This document shows, piece by piece, positions 9,105 through 20,465 of a stretch of DNA of 64,000 nt. This DNA comes from a virus. Lineage: Duplodnaviria > Caudoviricetes. The position numbers and the translations under genes are program-made. Location: IMG/VR virus record IMGVR_UViG_3300033066_001054. The stretch is one strand, 5' to 3'. Every line of letters begins with the position of its first letter. The first letter of the stretch is position 1. Below the pieces are notes generated by a model. That model searched no databases and was not told the origin of the DNA. It saw nothing but the letters and a program-made list of their open reading frames with translations.

Positions 9105-9665
9105 TTATAGCACAAGTTTGCGCCAATCTGATGTTAGCATTGCACCAAGCAAGCCGGCTGTGTTCCATGCGTCCCAATCCGCACTGTGCTCCTGACCTTC
9201 CCACGTGAGTCCAAATGCCTCAACAGCACGGCGCAATCCAACGTTTTTGTAGCTATTGAATGCCAATTTTGTTAATGTGGCAACATCAATACACTCGTCA
9301 GACAAGAACATGTCGCAATTGGCGAATTCACACTCTTTTTTCACGCAATCCCAGTCGTCACCATAGACAGCAGTAGCGTACTGCTTCATCCCCATGTTGG
9401 TCATTCGTGCGCTAGTAATAGCCAGAGATTGGCCTCGACGCACATCCGCAGGCGTAATTCCTGTTAGGTCTGTACAGTATGTGCTGATTGTCGAGTTTTC
9501 TGGCTTGACATACAGCATGTCACGACCAGAGCGTTCGCCTGTTTTTGGGTTCAGAAAACACCAACCAATTTGAATGATTTCAGGAAACATTCCGTCTGGA
9601 GGTGTTCCGTCCCAGCAGGTGAGCTCGAGGTCGAAGACCAATATCTTATCAGCGCGACGAATCAT
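9105..9665 (-). CDS. DEDDh 3'-5' exonuclease (ERI-1/KapD-like)
   Basis: VFDLELTCW, EIIQIG and HSADWDA motifs; start moved to MIRRADK (9665). Confidence 0.85.
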   Translation of the reverse strand: MIRRADKILVFDLELTCWDGTPPDGMFPEIIQIGWCFLNPKTGERSGRDMLYVKPENSTISTYCTDLTGITPADVRRGQSLAITSARMTNMGMKQYATAVYGDDWDCVKKECEFANCDMFLSDECIDVATLTKLAFNSYKNVGLRRAVEAFGLTWEGQEHSADWDAWNTAGLLGAMLTSDWRKLVL

Positions 9666-9743
9666 TTTCTTATGATACCCGTAGGTAAGCGCACAATACA
9701 ACCCTAAATGAAAATATAGGGCTTGCGCTCGAGGCAATACAAT

Positions 9744-10139
9744 ATGGCAAACACATTATACGACAAAGGGAGAGAGGCATTCTTAGCTGGTGACGCTGAT
9801 TGGGACGCAAACACCATTAAGGTAAGTCTGCTTAGTGCATCTTACACTTTTTCACAAACACATGACTTTTTCAACGACATCACAGGCGTTGTGGCTACGT
9901 CATCTGCTCTTGGAAGCAAAACGGTCACCGATGGTGTTGCTGATGCCGCTGATGTAACTTTCTCTGCTGTAAGTGGTTCGCAGGTAACACAGTTTATCAT
10001 TTGGGCAGATACGGGTGTGGCTGGAACCAGCCGATTGTTGGTTTACTTTGACTCAGCAACAAACTTGCCGGTGACGCCAAACGGTGGTGACATCACTATT
10101 CAGTGGTCAAACGGTTCAGACAAAATATTCAAACTTTAA
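9744..10139 (+). CDS. Small virion structural/minor tail protein
   Basis: MANTLYDKGRE..TIKVSLL..DAADVTF..LPVTPNGGDITIQW resembles a common phage structural family. Confidence 0.7.
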   Translation: MANTLYDKGREAFLAGDADWDANTIKVSLLSASYTFSQTHDFFNDITGVVATSSALGSKTVTDGVADAADVTFSAVSGSQVTQFIIWADTGVAGTSRLLVYFDSATNLPVTPNGGDITIQWSNGSDKIFKL

Positions 10140-10148
10140 GGTGTAAAA

Positions 10149-10424
10149 ATGGCAGATTATAGCAATTGGACAATGGAACAAATTCTCGAGCTAAAGCGCA
10201 GCAAAGAGGTCGAATGGCAATCATTGCGAGAAGAAATTCGCGCACTGGCAAGGGCAGAAGAGCGACTGGTAAGATTTGACGAACTTAAGCGACGCATGGG
10301 TGACAGTGTAACCATTGAAGACCTTGAGATGCTTTCGGATATTCTTAACACTCCGTCTGGACAAAGCGTAAGCGTCGATGGTATTGATGCTTCTGGAAAT
10401 GTCGGTGAGCCGGGCAAAGACTAA
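10149..10424 (+). CDS. Hypothetical coiled-coil protein
   Basis: 91-aa ORF within the operon. Confidence 0.55.
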   Translation: MADYSNWTMEQILELKRSKEVEWQSLREEIRALARAEERLVRFDELKRRMGDSVTIEDLEMLSDILNTPSGQSVSVDGIDASGNVGEPGKD

Positions 10425-10426
10425 AC

Positions 10427-10621
10427 ATGTTGACAATTGAGGCAGAAACATTGGTTGAGACTGGTGGTGTTCGGTATCGAACTATCACCGGAGGAGATTA
10501 TGAAGAGTCAGGATTGGTAGAAGTCTACCGAGAAGGTGACGAACAGAAAAACTCAATTGGTGCCTTTCAGGCACATTACATTGTCCACGGATATCATGTT
10601 GGAGAACCACCTCCAAACTAA
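10427..10621 (+). CDS. Hypothetical protein
   Basis: 64-aa ORF filling the operon gap. Confidence 0.5.
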   Translation: MLTIEAETLVETGGVRYRTITGGDYEESGLVEVYREGDEQKNSIGAFQAHYIVHGYHVGEPPPN

Positions 10622-10633
10622 AGAGAGAACAAT

Positions 10634-13081
10634 ATGGCAAGAGTTTCAGTAGAACACAGATTCACCGGAACAACAGGCCCAATTGATAGTCTTTCAGCAC
10701 CTACAGTTAGCGTTACAAACATCGGTGCCACCGGTGCCACGACATATGGATATCGAGTATCGGCTATCAACAGTGTTGGGGAAACATTGGCCTCGAGTAC
10801 GGTAACCACCGCGACGGGCAACTCGTCATTGACAGGGTCTAACTACAACAGAATTAGCTGGACTAGGGTAATTGGCGCGACAGGATACAAGGTTTACGGA
10901 CGAACTTCTGGTTCCGAGTTGCTTATGGCAACCGTTACAACAGCAAATCATTATGATGACACAGGCGCGGTAACGCCATCTGGGGCATTGCCAAGTACAA
11001 ACACCACAGGGTATTCGTCGTCTAGAACATCTATTGGCACCCTGATGCGACAACAAACTGGCACTGCCGATATTGATAAATGGGTTGGCCCATTCCCTGT
11101 TGGAATCAGTCGACCCATGGAAGGCAGCACTCAGATTCCAGGCATTATGCCGCATGTTATTAGGTGGAGTGGTGATATTGATTGGATTTTCTTGGCCGAT
11201 AACGCCACCGCAACGACAAGTCGTAGAATAGTATTCTACACATACACTCGGTCAACTAATACACTTGCATGGGAGGGCTTTGTCACAATTACCCATCCAA
11301 GCGGCACCAACGCCACTATACGTGGATTTAGAATGGTGTACGACACCTACACTACTGGAACAGTGAGCGTGACCGGAACATCGGTAACCGGAAGTGGTTC
11401 AGCTTGGTCAACAAACAGAATTGCTGTTGGTAGTCGGATTGGATTTGGTTCAACAGACCCAAACTATATTACAAGATGGTATGAAATCTCGGCTATTGGT
11501 TCTGACACGGGTATAACACTCGCCGTAGCGGTTGACGCAAGCGTTGCCGCAAACACACCATATGTCATAGAAGAACTTAGAGTAGTTATGGCTCAAACCA
11601 ATAACACCGCAACTTCTGGTGGTTTGTTCGTAGCAAAGGGATTAAGGCCAGAGTTGTTTATCACCTCTGGCACTGCAATTGCGGCTGCTACAACCACCGA
11701 CAATCAAAGAGCGTGTTATTGGCTTGCAGACGCCTCTACTGTTACAAATACAACCTCTCTGGGATTTGGTCTCCAGGCTAAGACCTCATATACAGCACAA
11801 AACGTATATGTTTTGGATGGAACATCTGCATGTAAGGTGTTTGTTTACAATATCAGGGCGTCATTAACTGGTTTAGCGTCTGGAAAATCAACTTCTGCTC
11901 TGTCTTTCTCAACTGGAACACAAACGCTTACTGGAACGGCCGGCCAGGTAAATAATGGAAGAATGGGCACGCTGTCTCATGGCCCGGGTTCAGGTATTGA
12001 GTGCCTATATTTCTGCACTGGTACTCGTGTGTATCGAGCCAAAATTACAGATATTGTCAGCGGTTCAACTGTATGGATTTCAGACTGTATGGTTGAGATA
12101 CCTACGGGTAGCGCAAGTACATATGCCGCAACCGGTGTGTTGAGCAGTGTGGAGGTAGCGGACTCATTAGACAGGTTAATTATTACTTCTACTGGTGCGT
12201 CCGGTGTGAGGCATTACGTTACAAAATACCAAACCAATGTAGAACAATTCGATTTGATTTGGGGAGTTGACATAAAACAAATTGACCAAACACTTGCCGA
12301 CGCCAATACACCGATTGTGCCAGGCAATATTCTCGCTACACCATTTACCGTTTGGTCTGAGGCAGGATTAACATACTTGGCCCGCGTAGGCACTGCAGCC
12401 ACAAACAATCATCTATACGTAGTTCCATTTGGGGCACATTGGGGATTTCAGTCTGCTGCGCCAACGCAGCGAGTTATCACTCCAGAAATCAGCACACCAA
12501 ATTGTTTTATGTTTCACAGGGCATGTATGTCATTTGTGAAAAAACTAGGGGCTGATAAGTTTTCCATATCACCAGAACCAATCAAAATGTTCTATCGAAC
12601 GAATGGAATTACGGACAATAGTGGTACATGGTATGAACTTGATGACTATGCAGATTTATCCGGTGTTGCGCCATCTTCCAGTATACAGTTTATGTTTGAA
12701 TTCAAAATCATAGGCAATTACTGTGTTCCAGGTAGGCTGCTGGGGTGTGAGGTTATGTACGAGATTGAAGACACATTGCCGTCACACCTTCAATGGAACC
12801 TTAACGATTCCAATAACTCTAATGGCACAGTTGGGTTTATTCAAAAATCCACTTATGGAAGTGTGCCCAATTTGGAAATCAACTACTATCGCTCAGATAA
12901 CGATGTTAACTTACTCACGCAAGACAGTACATCTAGCACATATGGAGCATTTGAGTATTGGACAGGTGCGGCATGGGCAGCAGGGCTAGGTTCTGATGCA
13001 GTTAACCAAAGAAGAAGATTTGTGCCATCATCTGGATTGCCAGCAAGCACGAACGTCTACGCTAAAATCAAGGTGATATAA
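10634..13081 (+). CDS. Tail fibre/receptor-binding-like protein, paralogue A
   Basis: 815 aa, T/S/G-rich; FN3-like TYGYRVSAINSVGET and fibre-like GTVSVTGTSVTGSG motifs. Confidence 0.65.
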   Translation: MARVSVEHRFTGTTGPIDSLSAPTVSVTNIGATGATTYGYRVSAINSVGETLASSTVTTATGNSSLTGSNYNRISWTRVIGATGYKVYGRTSGSELLMATVTTANHYDDTGAVTPSGALPSTNTTGYSSSRTSIGTLMRQQTGTADIDKWVGPFPVGISRPMEGSTQIPGIMPHVIRWSGDIDWIFLADNATATTSRRIVFYTYTRSTNTLAWEGFVTITHPSGTNATIRGFRMVYDTYTTGTVSVTGTSVTGSGSAWSTNRIAVGSRIGFGSTDPNYITRWYEISAIGSDTGITLAVAVDASVAANTPYVIEELRVVMAQTNNTATSGGLFVAKGLRPELFITSGTAIAAATTTDNQRACYWLADASTVTNTTSLGFGLQAKTSYTAQNVYVLDGTSACKVFVYNIRASLTGLASGKSTSALSFSTGTQTLTGTAGQVNNGRMGTLSHGPGSGIECLYFCTGTRVYRAKITDIVSGSTVWISDCMVEIPTGSASTYAATGVLSSVEVADSLDRLIITSTGASGVRHYVTKYQTNVEQFDLIWGVDIKQIDQTLADANTPIVPGNILATPFTVWSEAGLTYLARVGTAATNNHLYVVPFGAHWGFQSAAPTQRVITPEISTPNCFMFHRACMSFVKKLGADKFSISPEPIKMFYRTNGITDNSGTWYELDDYADLSGVAPSSSIQFMFEFKIIGNYCVPGRLLGCEVMYEIEDTLPSHLQWNLNDSNNSNGTVGFIQKSTYGSVPNLEINYYRSDNDVNLLTQDSTSSTYGAFEYWTGAAWAAGLGSDAVNQRRRFVPSSGLPASTNVYAKIKVI

Positions 13082-15525
13082 TGGGTAAGGTAGTGGTCGA
13101 ATCAGTATTTAGCACTGCCTCTTTTGCGCCAATTGATACGATAGGCACGCCAACTGGTGTCGCAGTAACAAATGTTGGCACTGCAGGTGCTACAACATAC
13201 GGATATCGAATATCTGCGGTTAATAGTGTCGGAGAAACACTTGCGTCATCAAGTACAACAACCACTACCGGAAATGCCGCCCTCAGTGCTTCTAACTTCA
13301 ATAGGATTGCCTGGAGTCGAGTGATGGATGCCGCGTCTTACAAGATTTATGGCAGGACTAATGGTTCAGAATTGTATATGGGCACCACAACTGGTCTGCA
13401 TTTCGATGACACCGGTGCTGTTACCCCATCTGGTGCTTTGCCTGGCTCAGATACGTCAAAATATGATTCAACAAAGGTGTGTATAGGTACGGCACTCGAA
13501 TACCAGTCATCGGACAAAAGCGTTGGTCCATTGCCCGTACAAATTGCTAGACCATCAGAAGGCAATATTCAAGTACCAATAAACTTTGTTACCGCAGTCA
13601 CGTGGAGCAGCAATATTGATTGGATTTTTGGTGCTGACGCTGCAAGTGCTGCGGCCACAAGACGAATTGTCATGTTTGAATACAATCGGAGTACTGGTGT
13701 GCTTACGAGTCGCGGTTTTATCACACTTACATACCCTCCTGCAACCAACCATACCATTCGAGGAATTGCTGTTGGATATGATGTGTACACCAAAGGTTCT
13801 GTGGCTGTCACTGGAACTGCTGTTACCGGCACTGGGTCTACATGGACAACAGACCGCCTGGCTGTGGGCAGTCGTATAGGATTTGGTTCTACGGACCCCT
13901 CTCAAATTACCAGATGGTATGAGATTTCTGCTGTTGGAACTGACACAAGTATTACGCTTACTGCGTCAATTGACGCCACCATTGCCGCTGGTTCAGCATA
14001 TTGTATTGAAGACCTTAGAATTTACACAACCACCACAAATGCCACATCAACCAACGGAGGACTGTTTGTGGTTAAGGGCCTAAAACCTGAAGTTTTTACC
14101 TATGCAGGAACTACAATATCAGCCGCTACGAATGCCGATAGCATCCGTGCAGTTTACTGGCTGGCAGATGCGTCTACGGTCACTAATACTGGCTCGTGTG
14201 GTGCGTGCTTAGAAACCAAGGCAAGCTGGACTTCACAATTTTTGTATGTTTTAGACAACGCATCAAATAGCAAGTTTTACAAATACAACGTGCGTGCCGC
14301 GCTTACGCCAGCATCTGGAAAAGATACAACGTCTTTGAATTTACAAACAGGAACATCTGCTGTTACAGGAGTCATACAATCATTCAACAATGGTCGACTC
14401 GTAACAACGGGGCATGGGCCAGGAAGCGGTGCATCTTGCATATATTACACGACTGCTTCAAGGGTGTATAGAGCCGCTGTATCTGGTATCACTGCAGCAA
14501 GCACTACATTCAACAACGACAACATGACCGAGGTGCCGCCCGGTGGAACCAGTACATATGCTGCGACTTCGGCTATTCAGGGAATAGACTACATATATGG
14601 AATCGACAGATTTGCTGTGTACACCACCAGCAGCGGTTCTACACGCCATTATGTTACACAATACCAAACCGGCGGAAGTCAGTTTGATAGTATTTTCTCA
14701 GTAGATAGCAAGCAAATAGACCACACACTATGCAACCCAGAGATGGCACCACCATCATTGGTTCAGAATACAAGTGTTAACGTGACGTCATTCACAAACT
14801 ATAACACTACGTATTTTACTAAAGGCGGAGGAACTGGATTGCTGTCTTGGCTGTATACTTGTAATTTTGGCAGTGATTATGCATTTACGCATATTTCAGG
14901 CAACGACCAGTCTATCATAACACCAGAAATGACATGTACTGGCAACGTGATGTTTTATCGTGTCTATGTCAATCACTTAAGAGCACATGGTTCAGACAAA
15001 TACAACCATATACCTGCTGAACCTTTCAAAATCTGGTATCGCACTAGTGGTATTAGTGACAATAGCGGCGGGTGGACTTTGGTCCCTGCCGGGGGAGTGT
15101 TAACTGGTGTAACCGCAACCAGCTCTATTCAATTCAGAATACGATTCAAAACAATTGGGGCACATTGTCTCCCAACCAAGATATATGGCGTATGTGTTGT
15201 GTATGAATCCTCGGCTGATATGCCATCACACCTAAAATGGAATTTTGCTGATACAAATAACAGTACTGGTACTGTTGGATTTGTGCAATGTTGTTATTAT
15301 GGCAGTGTCCCAAACTTACAAATTGACTACTACAGAGCAGATACAGATGCTAACGTATTGTCCCAGGCTAGTACAAGTAGTACTAATGGTGTTTTTGAAT
15401 ATTGGGATGGTTCTGCATGGACGGCTGGTCTGGGTACAGATACAATTGATATACGACGCAGGTTTAGGCCAACGGCGTCGTTACCAACCGGTGTCAATGT
15501 CTACGCAAGGGTGAAGGTAATTTAA
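13081..15525 (+). CDS. Tail fibre/receptor-binding-like protein, paralogue B
   Basis: 814 aa, colinear with A (GSRIGFGSTDP, WLADASTVTNT, FEYW.G..W..GLG.D). Confidence 0.65.
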   Translation: MGKVVVESVFSTASFAPIDTIGTPTGVAVTNVGTAGATTYGYRISAVNSVGETLASSSTTTTTGNAALSASNFNRIAWSRVMDAASYKIYGRTNGSELYMGTTTGLHFDDTGAVTPSGALPGSDTSKYDSTKVCIGTALEYQSSDKSVGPLPVQIARPSEGNIQVPINFVTAVTWSSNIDWIFGADAASAAATRRIVMFEYNRSTGVLTSRGFITLTYPPATNHTIRGIAVGYDVYTKGSVAVTGTAVTGTGSTWTTDRLAVGSRIGFGSTDPSQITRWYEISAVGTDTSITLTASIDATIAAGSAYCIEDLRIYTTTTNATSTNGGLFVVKGLKPEVFTYAGTTISAATNADSIRAVYWLADASTVTNTGSCGACLETKASWTSQFLYVLDNASNSKFYKYNVRAALTPASGKDTTSLNLQTGTSAVTGVIQSFNNGRLVTTGHGPGSGASCIYYTTASRVYRAAVSGITAASTTFNNDNMTEVPPGGTSTYAATSAIQGIDYIYGIDRFAVYTTSSGSTRHYVTQYQTGGSQFDSIFSVDSKQIDHTLCNPEMAPPSLVQNTSVNVTSFTNYNTTYFTKGGGTGLLSWLYTCNFGSDYAFTHISGNDQSIITPEMTCTGNVMFYRVYVNHLRAHGSDKYNHIPAEPFKIWYRTSGISDNSGGWTLVPAGGVLTGVTATSSIQFRIRFKTIGAHCLPTKIYGVCVVYESSADMPSHLKWNFADTNNSTGTVGFVQCCYYGSVPNLQIDYYRADTDANVLSQASTSSTNGVFEYWDGSAWTAGLGTDTIDIRRRFRPTASLPTGVNVYARVKVI

Positions 15526-17939
15526 TGGCTAAAATTGCAGTAGAACATGTTTTTGGAAGTGCCACTGTACCATTAGTGCCACTCGAGGAACCAACCAATG
15601 TGTTGGTAACAAATTTTGGCACACCTGGTGCAACAACGTATACATATTACGTATCGGCATACAATACATATGGCGAAACTCTGGCCACAACAGCGATAAC
15701 AACGACTGGTAACGGAACTCTTTCTGCATCTAATTTCAATCGAATTTCATGGGATAAAGTGTGGGGTGCAACTGGATATTACGTTTACAATAGTTCTGGC
15801 GCATTTGCCCCAACTTCAAATTTACATTTTGATGACGTTGGTACTTCCTCAACAGCAAGAAGCCAACAAGAGTCAAACACCAGTGGATATAACTCACTGT
15901 ATACATCTGCTGGCACGTTGATGTATCAATCAGGAGGGGCCATTGGTCCAATGCCAGTTAAGGTTGCAAGACCGATGGGGCAATCAACGGCATTTCAGTG
16001 CGCATTTCCTTCTGTTGTATCATGGAGTCCTACGGTTGATTGGGTGTTTTTAATTGAAGGTAGTGCGGCGGCGGCGACGAGGCGGGCGATGCTTTACGAA
16101 TTTGACCGCAGTACAGATGCGTTTACATGGAAGGGTTATGTCACATTAACATTTCCAACAGCTACAAACCATACAGTTCGCGGCTTTGCAATGACCTATG
16201 ACATATATGCCACCGGTACTGTGAGTGTATCTGGAACGGCAGTTACTGGTTCTGGCACCGCTTGGTCTACAAGTAGGCTTGCGGCAGGTTCGCGTATTGG
16301 ATTTGGCTCAACAGACCCCAATCAAATTAGTACATGGTATGAAATCTCAACCATTGGTTCCGACACAAGTATAACCTTAACAGCAACTGCTGGTACAATA
16401 TCGGCCAATAGTGTATATTGCATCGAAGACTTAAGAGCGGTTGTTTCAACCACTAACGCTACTGCGGCCAATGGCGGATTATTTGTAGCCAAGGGACTGA
16501 AGTATGAGAACTTTGTGTCGGGCGGCACCACTATTTCAGCGGGCGTGTCGACAGATAATGTGCGTGCTGTATTTTGGCTTGCTGATGCCAGTACAGTAAC
16601 AAATACCGTTGCTTGTGGCAATGCCGTATCTGACAAAACAGATTGGAATACTCAATATTGTTACAGTATAGATACAACAGCAACACCAAAAGTATACAAG
16701 TATAACTTACGTGCTTCTTTATCTGGTTTGTCCTCTGGTAAATCAACATCAGCACTTGTTTTGATAACCGGAACTCAAACAGTTACTGGCACTACCTCTC
16801 AACAAAACAATGGCGAAGTAGTTGTGGCAAATCACGGACCCGGAAAGGATATTGAGTGCCTTTATTTCGTTACTACAACACGCGCCTATAGGGCAAAAAC
16901 ATCAGAAATTGTCAACGGCTCTACGGTGTGGATTGCAGACTGCTATGTAGAAATCCCGCCAGGTGGCACCAATACATTCGCCGCCACATCTGCGCTAGGA
17001 TACATTGAACACACTGATTTTATGGATGATTTTGTGGTGTATTCAACTGGTGCGACTTCTTTTCGTAGTTATATTACAGATTATGCTTCTGCCATTTATC
17101 CTTTTGAGTCAATGCTTGGTTATGACACTAAGCAATTAGACCAATCTGGCGCAGATGCAAATTCAGCTCCGCACCCTTCAATTGGTGTTTCTCAATTGGT
17201 TTCGTGGAATGAAGAAGGGATGCACTACGTTTTAAGGCAAAACTCTTCATCCACACTAAATCAATTGTATGCAGTACCGCTTGCTGCATGTTATACTCAC
17301 GCATGGGAAAGCGGTCGTGAACAATATGTTATCACGCCAGCTCTGCCAACCCCAAATGGGGCGACTTTGTATCGAGCATATGCCAATACCCTTTTGGCGC
17401 ACGGCGGCACAGATGCGTTAATGGTTGAGGCCGAACCTGTTAAAATATGGTACAGAACCGAAGGAATATATGATAACTCTGGTGTGTGGTACTTATTATC
17501 GGATAACGGTGATTTAACTGGTGTAAAGACCGGCAAAGACATTCAATTTAGGCTTGCATTTAAGGTTATTGGCGGGCATCAACTGCCATCTAAAGCATAT
17601 TCTGTTTGTGTGGTTTACGACACTGATACAGATTTGCCATCACATTTACAATGGAATATGGGAGACACAAATTCAAGCACTGGCATTGTTGGTTTTATTC
17701 AAAAAGGAACTTACGGAAGCGTACCCAATTTGCAAATATCATACTATCGTTCAGATAACGACCAGCTTATCTTAACCCAGGCAAGTACCGGTTCTACTTA
17801 TGGTGCATTTGAGTACTGGAATGGTTCTTCGTGGGCATCTGGACTTGGTACTGACACCAACGGAATACGTCGAAGGTTCAACCCAACCATAGGTATCTTG
17901 ACAGGAATTAACGTATATTGTAAATTGAAGGTGGTGTAA
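15525..17939 (+). CDS. Tail fibre/receptor-binding-like protein, paralogue C
   Basis: 804 aa, colinear with A and B. Confidence 0.65.
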   Translation: MAKIAVEHVFGSATVPLVPLEEPTNVLVTNFGTPGATTYTYYVSAYNTYGETLATTAITTTGNGTLSASNFNRISWDKVWGATGYYVYNSSGAFAPTSNLHFDDVGTSSTARSQQESNTSGYNSLYTSAGTLMYQSGGAIGPMPVKVARPMGQSTAFQCAFPSVVSWSPTVDWVFLIEGSAAAATRRAMLYEFDRSTDAFTWKGYVTLTFPTATNHTVRGFAMTYDIYATGTVSVSGTAVTGSGTAWSTSRLAAGSRIGFGSTDPNQISTWYEISTIGSDTSITLTATAGTISANSVYCIEDLRAVVSTTNATAANGGLFVAKGLKYENFVSGGTTISAGVSTDNVRAVFWLADASTVTNTVACGNAVSDKTDWNTQYCYSIDTTATPKVYKYNLRASLSGLSSGKSTSALVLITGTQTVTGTTSQQNNGEVVVANHGPGKDIECLYFVTTTRAYRAKTSEIVNGSTVWIADCYVEIPPGGTNTFAATSALGYIEHTDFMDDFVVYSTGATSFRSYITDYASAIYPFESMLGYDTKQLDQSGADANSAPHPSIGVSQLVSWNEEGMHYVLRQNSSSTLNQLYAVPLAACYTHAWESGREQYVITPALPTPNGATLYRAYANTLLAHGGTDALMVEAEPVKIWYRTEGIYDNSGVWYLLSDNGDLTGVKTGKDIQFRLAFKVIGGHQLPSKAYSVCVVYDTDTDLPSHLQWNMGDTNSSTGIVGFIQKGTYGSVPNLQISYYRSDNDQLILTQASTGSTYGAFEYWNGSSWASGLGTDTNGIRRRFNPTIGILTGINVYCKLKVV

Positions 17940-17955
17940 TTCACCGGGACAATAA

Positions 17956-20433
17956 ATGGCAGATGGAGTTCAGTTAGGCGGCGGACCACTGCTACTAGCT
18001 CCCTCAATCGCGTTGGCGTTCAATGGAACAATTGTTGGTCCATCGGGCGCAGATACAATTGTTGGAACCGGTAGCCAGTCTGGAATTTCAGGTATCTTTA
18101 CGATTCCTGAAGAGTCATTTAACATCCAAGGCGGAAGCGGAACAATAGCCTTTGCTCCGATTGTCGGGGGTGGTTCAATGGTTCTTACTGGCATTGGCAC
18201 CGCCAATCAAACCATTACCCACACCAGTATTGCTGCTGTGGATTCATATGGAACACACAGCGTGGCAGCAGGGACTATCACACTGACAACCAGTTCGATT
18301 GGAACCTCTGGTACTTACGGCACACACACAGCAGTTCCTGGCGCGGTAACAATAGTTCACACTTCATTATCTACCAGCGCATCATATGGTTCGCACACAT
18401 TAGCAAGCACAATAGCCATATTGCCATCCAGTATTGTAGCAGTAGATGCTTATGGAACACACACTATTGCTCCAGGCACGGCAACAATCACGCATACAAG
18501 TTTAGCAACAGCCGAGGCTTATGGGACACACACTATTGTTCCAGGTAGTGTAACAATAGTTCACAACAGTCTATCTACATCGGCTTCTTACGGCACGCAC
18601 ACCTTGGTCGCCGGCACGGTAACAATAGCACACACTTCACTGTCGACAAGTGCGTCTTATGGTTCACATACAATTTCAACATCTTACTTGATTACACACA
18701 GTTCTATATCGAGCAATGTTGCATATGGCACACATACATTAGTGGCCGGCGCGGTAACAATAGTACACACCTCACTGTCGACAAGTGCGTCTTATGGCAC
18801 ACATACAATTGAGTCTGGAAGTAGTACGATTATTCATACAAGTGTTGGTTCGGCAGAGTCATATGGTACTCACACGCTGTCACCCGGTGGAGTCGTTGTG
18901 ACACACACAAGCATCGGAACGGCGGCTGCATATGGCACTCATACACTGGCCAGTTCATACAACATTGTTCATAACAGCGTGTCTTCAAACAGCGCATATG
19001 GCACCCACACTGTTTTAGTGGGAGCAGTGGCAATTATTGCGACCTCAATATCAACTGCAGCGTCATATGGAACACACACATTATCTGCTGGCGGCGTAAC
19101 GATTACTCATACCTCGATTGGTGCAACCAGTACATATGGCTCTCACACAATTGCCGTTGGTGGAGTAAATATTTCACATATCAGCCTGTCGAGTAATGCG
19201 TCTTATGGCACGGCCACTATAACCCCCGGTGTCGTAAACGTCATCCATGCCAGCATAGGCACTGCAGCCTCGTATGGTGCCCACACAGCCGTTGTTGGTG
19301 GTGTATCAATAATCACGAGTGGGGTGGCAACCAGCGCGTCCTACGGGGCGCACACATTGGTTCCTGGCGGTGTTGTTGTTGTTGCAACCTCAATTAGCAC
19401 TGCGGCTGCATATGGAACACACAGTATGTCAGCAACGTACTCGATTGTGGCCGGTAGTATTGGGGCTTCTAGTTCTTACGGCACACATACGTTTACTGTC
19501 GGAGGCGTGAACATATTGGCTACAAGCCTGTCTAGTGGTGCATCATATGGAACGCACACAATGGTTCCTGGTGCAGTAACCATTGTGCCAACCTCAATTA
19601 GTACGGCGTCAAGTTATGGTAACCACACCATGGTTCCTGGCACAGTATATGTGGTTGCGACTGGATTGTCGACACAAGAGTCATACGGAGTACACGAGGT
19701 TGTATCCAGTAACGTCAATCTTTTCCTAAGTAGTATCGCCAGTTCAGAAAGCATTGGTGCCACTACATTATATGTCAACACTAACATTGTTCTATCCAAC
19801 GGCGTCTCATCAGGTTTTGTTGCCAGCACGCACGTCATGGTGGCGGGAGAAGTCCTTATTATTGTTGGTGGAATAGCCAGCGAAAGCGCAATAGGACTGA
19901 CCGCACTGCAATCAACGTATTACATACTTGCAGTCTCTATTGGAACTACAGAAAGCATTGGAACCCACGCAATGGATGTGACATACTTGATTAGTGTTGA
20001 TGGCGTTTCTAGCGTACACAGCATTGGTGCAACAACATTACATACCACATACCAAATCACAATTGGGTCTGGAGTATCTTCTACAGAATCGGTCTCAACT
20101 CCGTATATCTTGATTGGCCCTGTGTTTATAGACGCAGTATCTGTTCCTGGCGGAGATGCGTATGGAGCACCAAACCTGTATGCCATTGCTTACATTTCAC
20201 CAAATTCAATTGGTTCAATATTGTCACTTGGCGACGCAAGGTTGCAACTTCCAGCTATACCAGCACAACTAACATCCCAGTTCGTTGCCGAACCATGTGT
20301 GGCAACTAGTCGTATCGCACCGTGTGATAGTTCAACACAAGCAGTGCCTATGCTGAGGTCTACTGCAAGGTTTGTGGAAGTCAGTTGTATCATCGAAGAG
20401 ACGAATCCAAGTTCAGAGATAGCTTTCTTGTAG
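17956..20433 (+). CDS. Repeat-rich fibre-like structural protein
   Basis: About 20 imperfect 22-23-aa repeats, consensus HTSLSTSASYGTHTLVAGAVTIV. Confidence 0.65.
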   Translation: MADGVQLGGGPLLLAPSIALAFNGTIVGPSGADTIVGTGSQSGISGIFTIPEESFNIQGGSGTIAFAPIVGGGSMVLTGIGTANQTITHTSIAAVDSYGTHSVAAGTITLTTSSIGTSGTYGTHTAVPGAVTIVHTSLSTSASYGSHTLASTIAILPSSIVAVDAYGTHTIAPGTATITHTSLATAEAYGTHTIVPGSVTIVHNSLSTSASYGTHTLVAGTVTIAHTSLSTSASYGSHTISTSYLITHSSISSNVAYGTHTLVAGAVTIVHTSLSTSASYGTHTIESGSSTIIHTSVGSAESYGTHTLSPGGVVVTHTSIGTAAAYGTHTLASSYNIVHNSVSSNSAYGTHTVLVGAVAIIATSISTAASYGTHTLSAGGVTITHTSIGATSTYGSHTIAVGGVNISHISLSSNASYGTATITPGVVNVIHASIGTAASYGAHTAVVGGVSIITSGVATSASYGAHTLVPGGVVVVATSISTAAAYGTHSMSATYSIVAGSIGASSSYGTHTFTVGGVNILATSLSSGASYGTHTMVPGAVTIVPTSISTASSYGNHTMVPGTVYVVATGLSTQESYGVHEVVSSNVNLFLSSIASSESIGATTLYVNTNIVLSNGVSSGFVASTHVMVAGEVLIIVGGIASESAIGLTALQSTYYILAVSIGTTESIGTHAMDVTYLISVDGVSSVHSIGATTLHTTYQITIGSGVSSTESVSTPYILIGPVFIDAVSVPGGDAYGAPNLYAIAYISPNSIGSILSLGDARLQLPAIPAQLTSQFVAEPCVATSRIAPCDSSTQAVPMLRSTARFVEVSCIIEETNPSSEIAFL

Positions 20434-20465
20434 GCAAAACACACCAACATTCCTAAAAACACACT

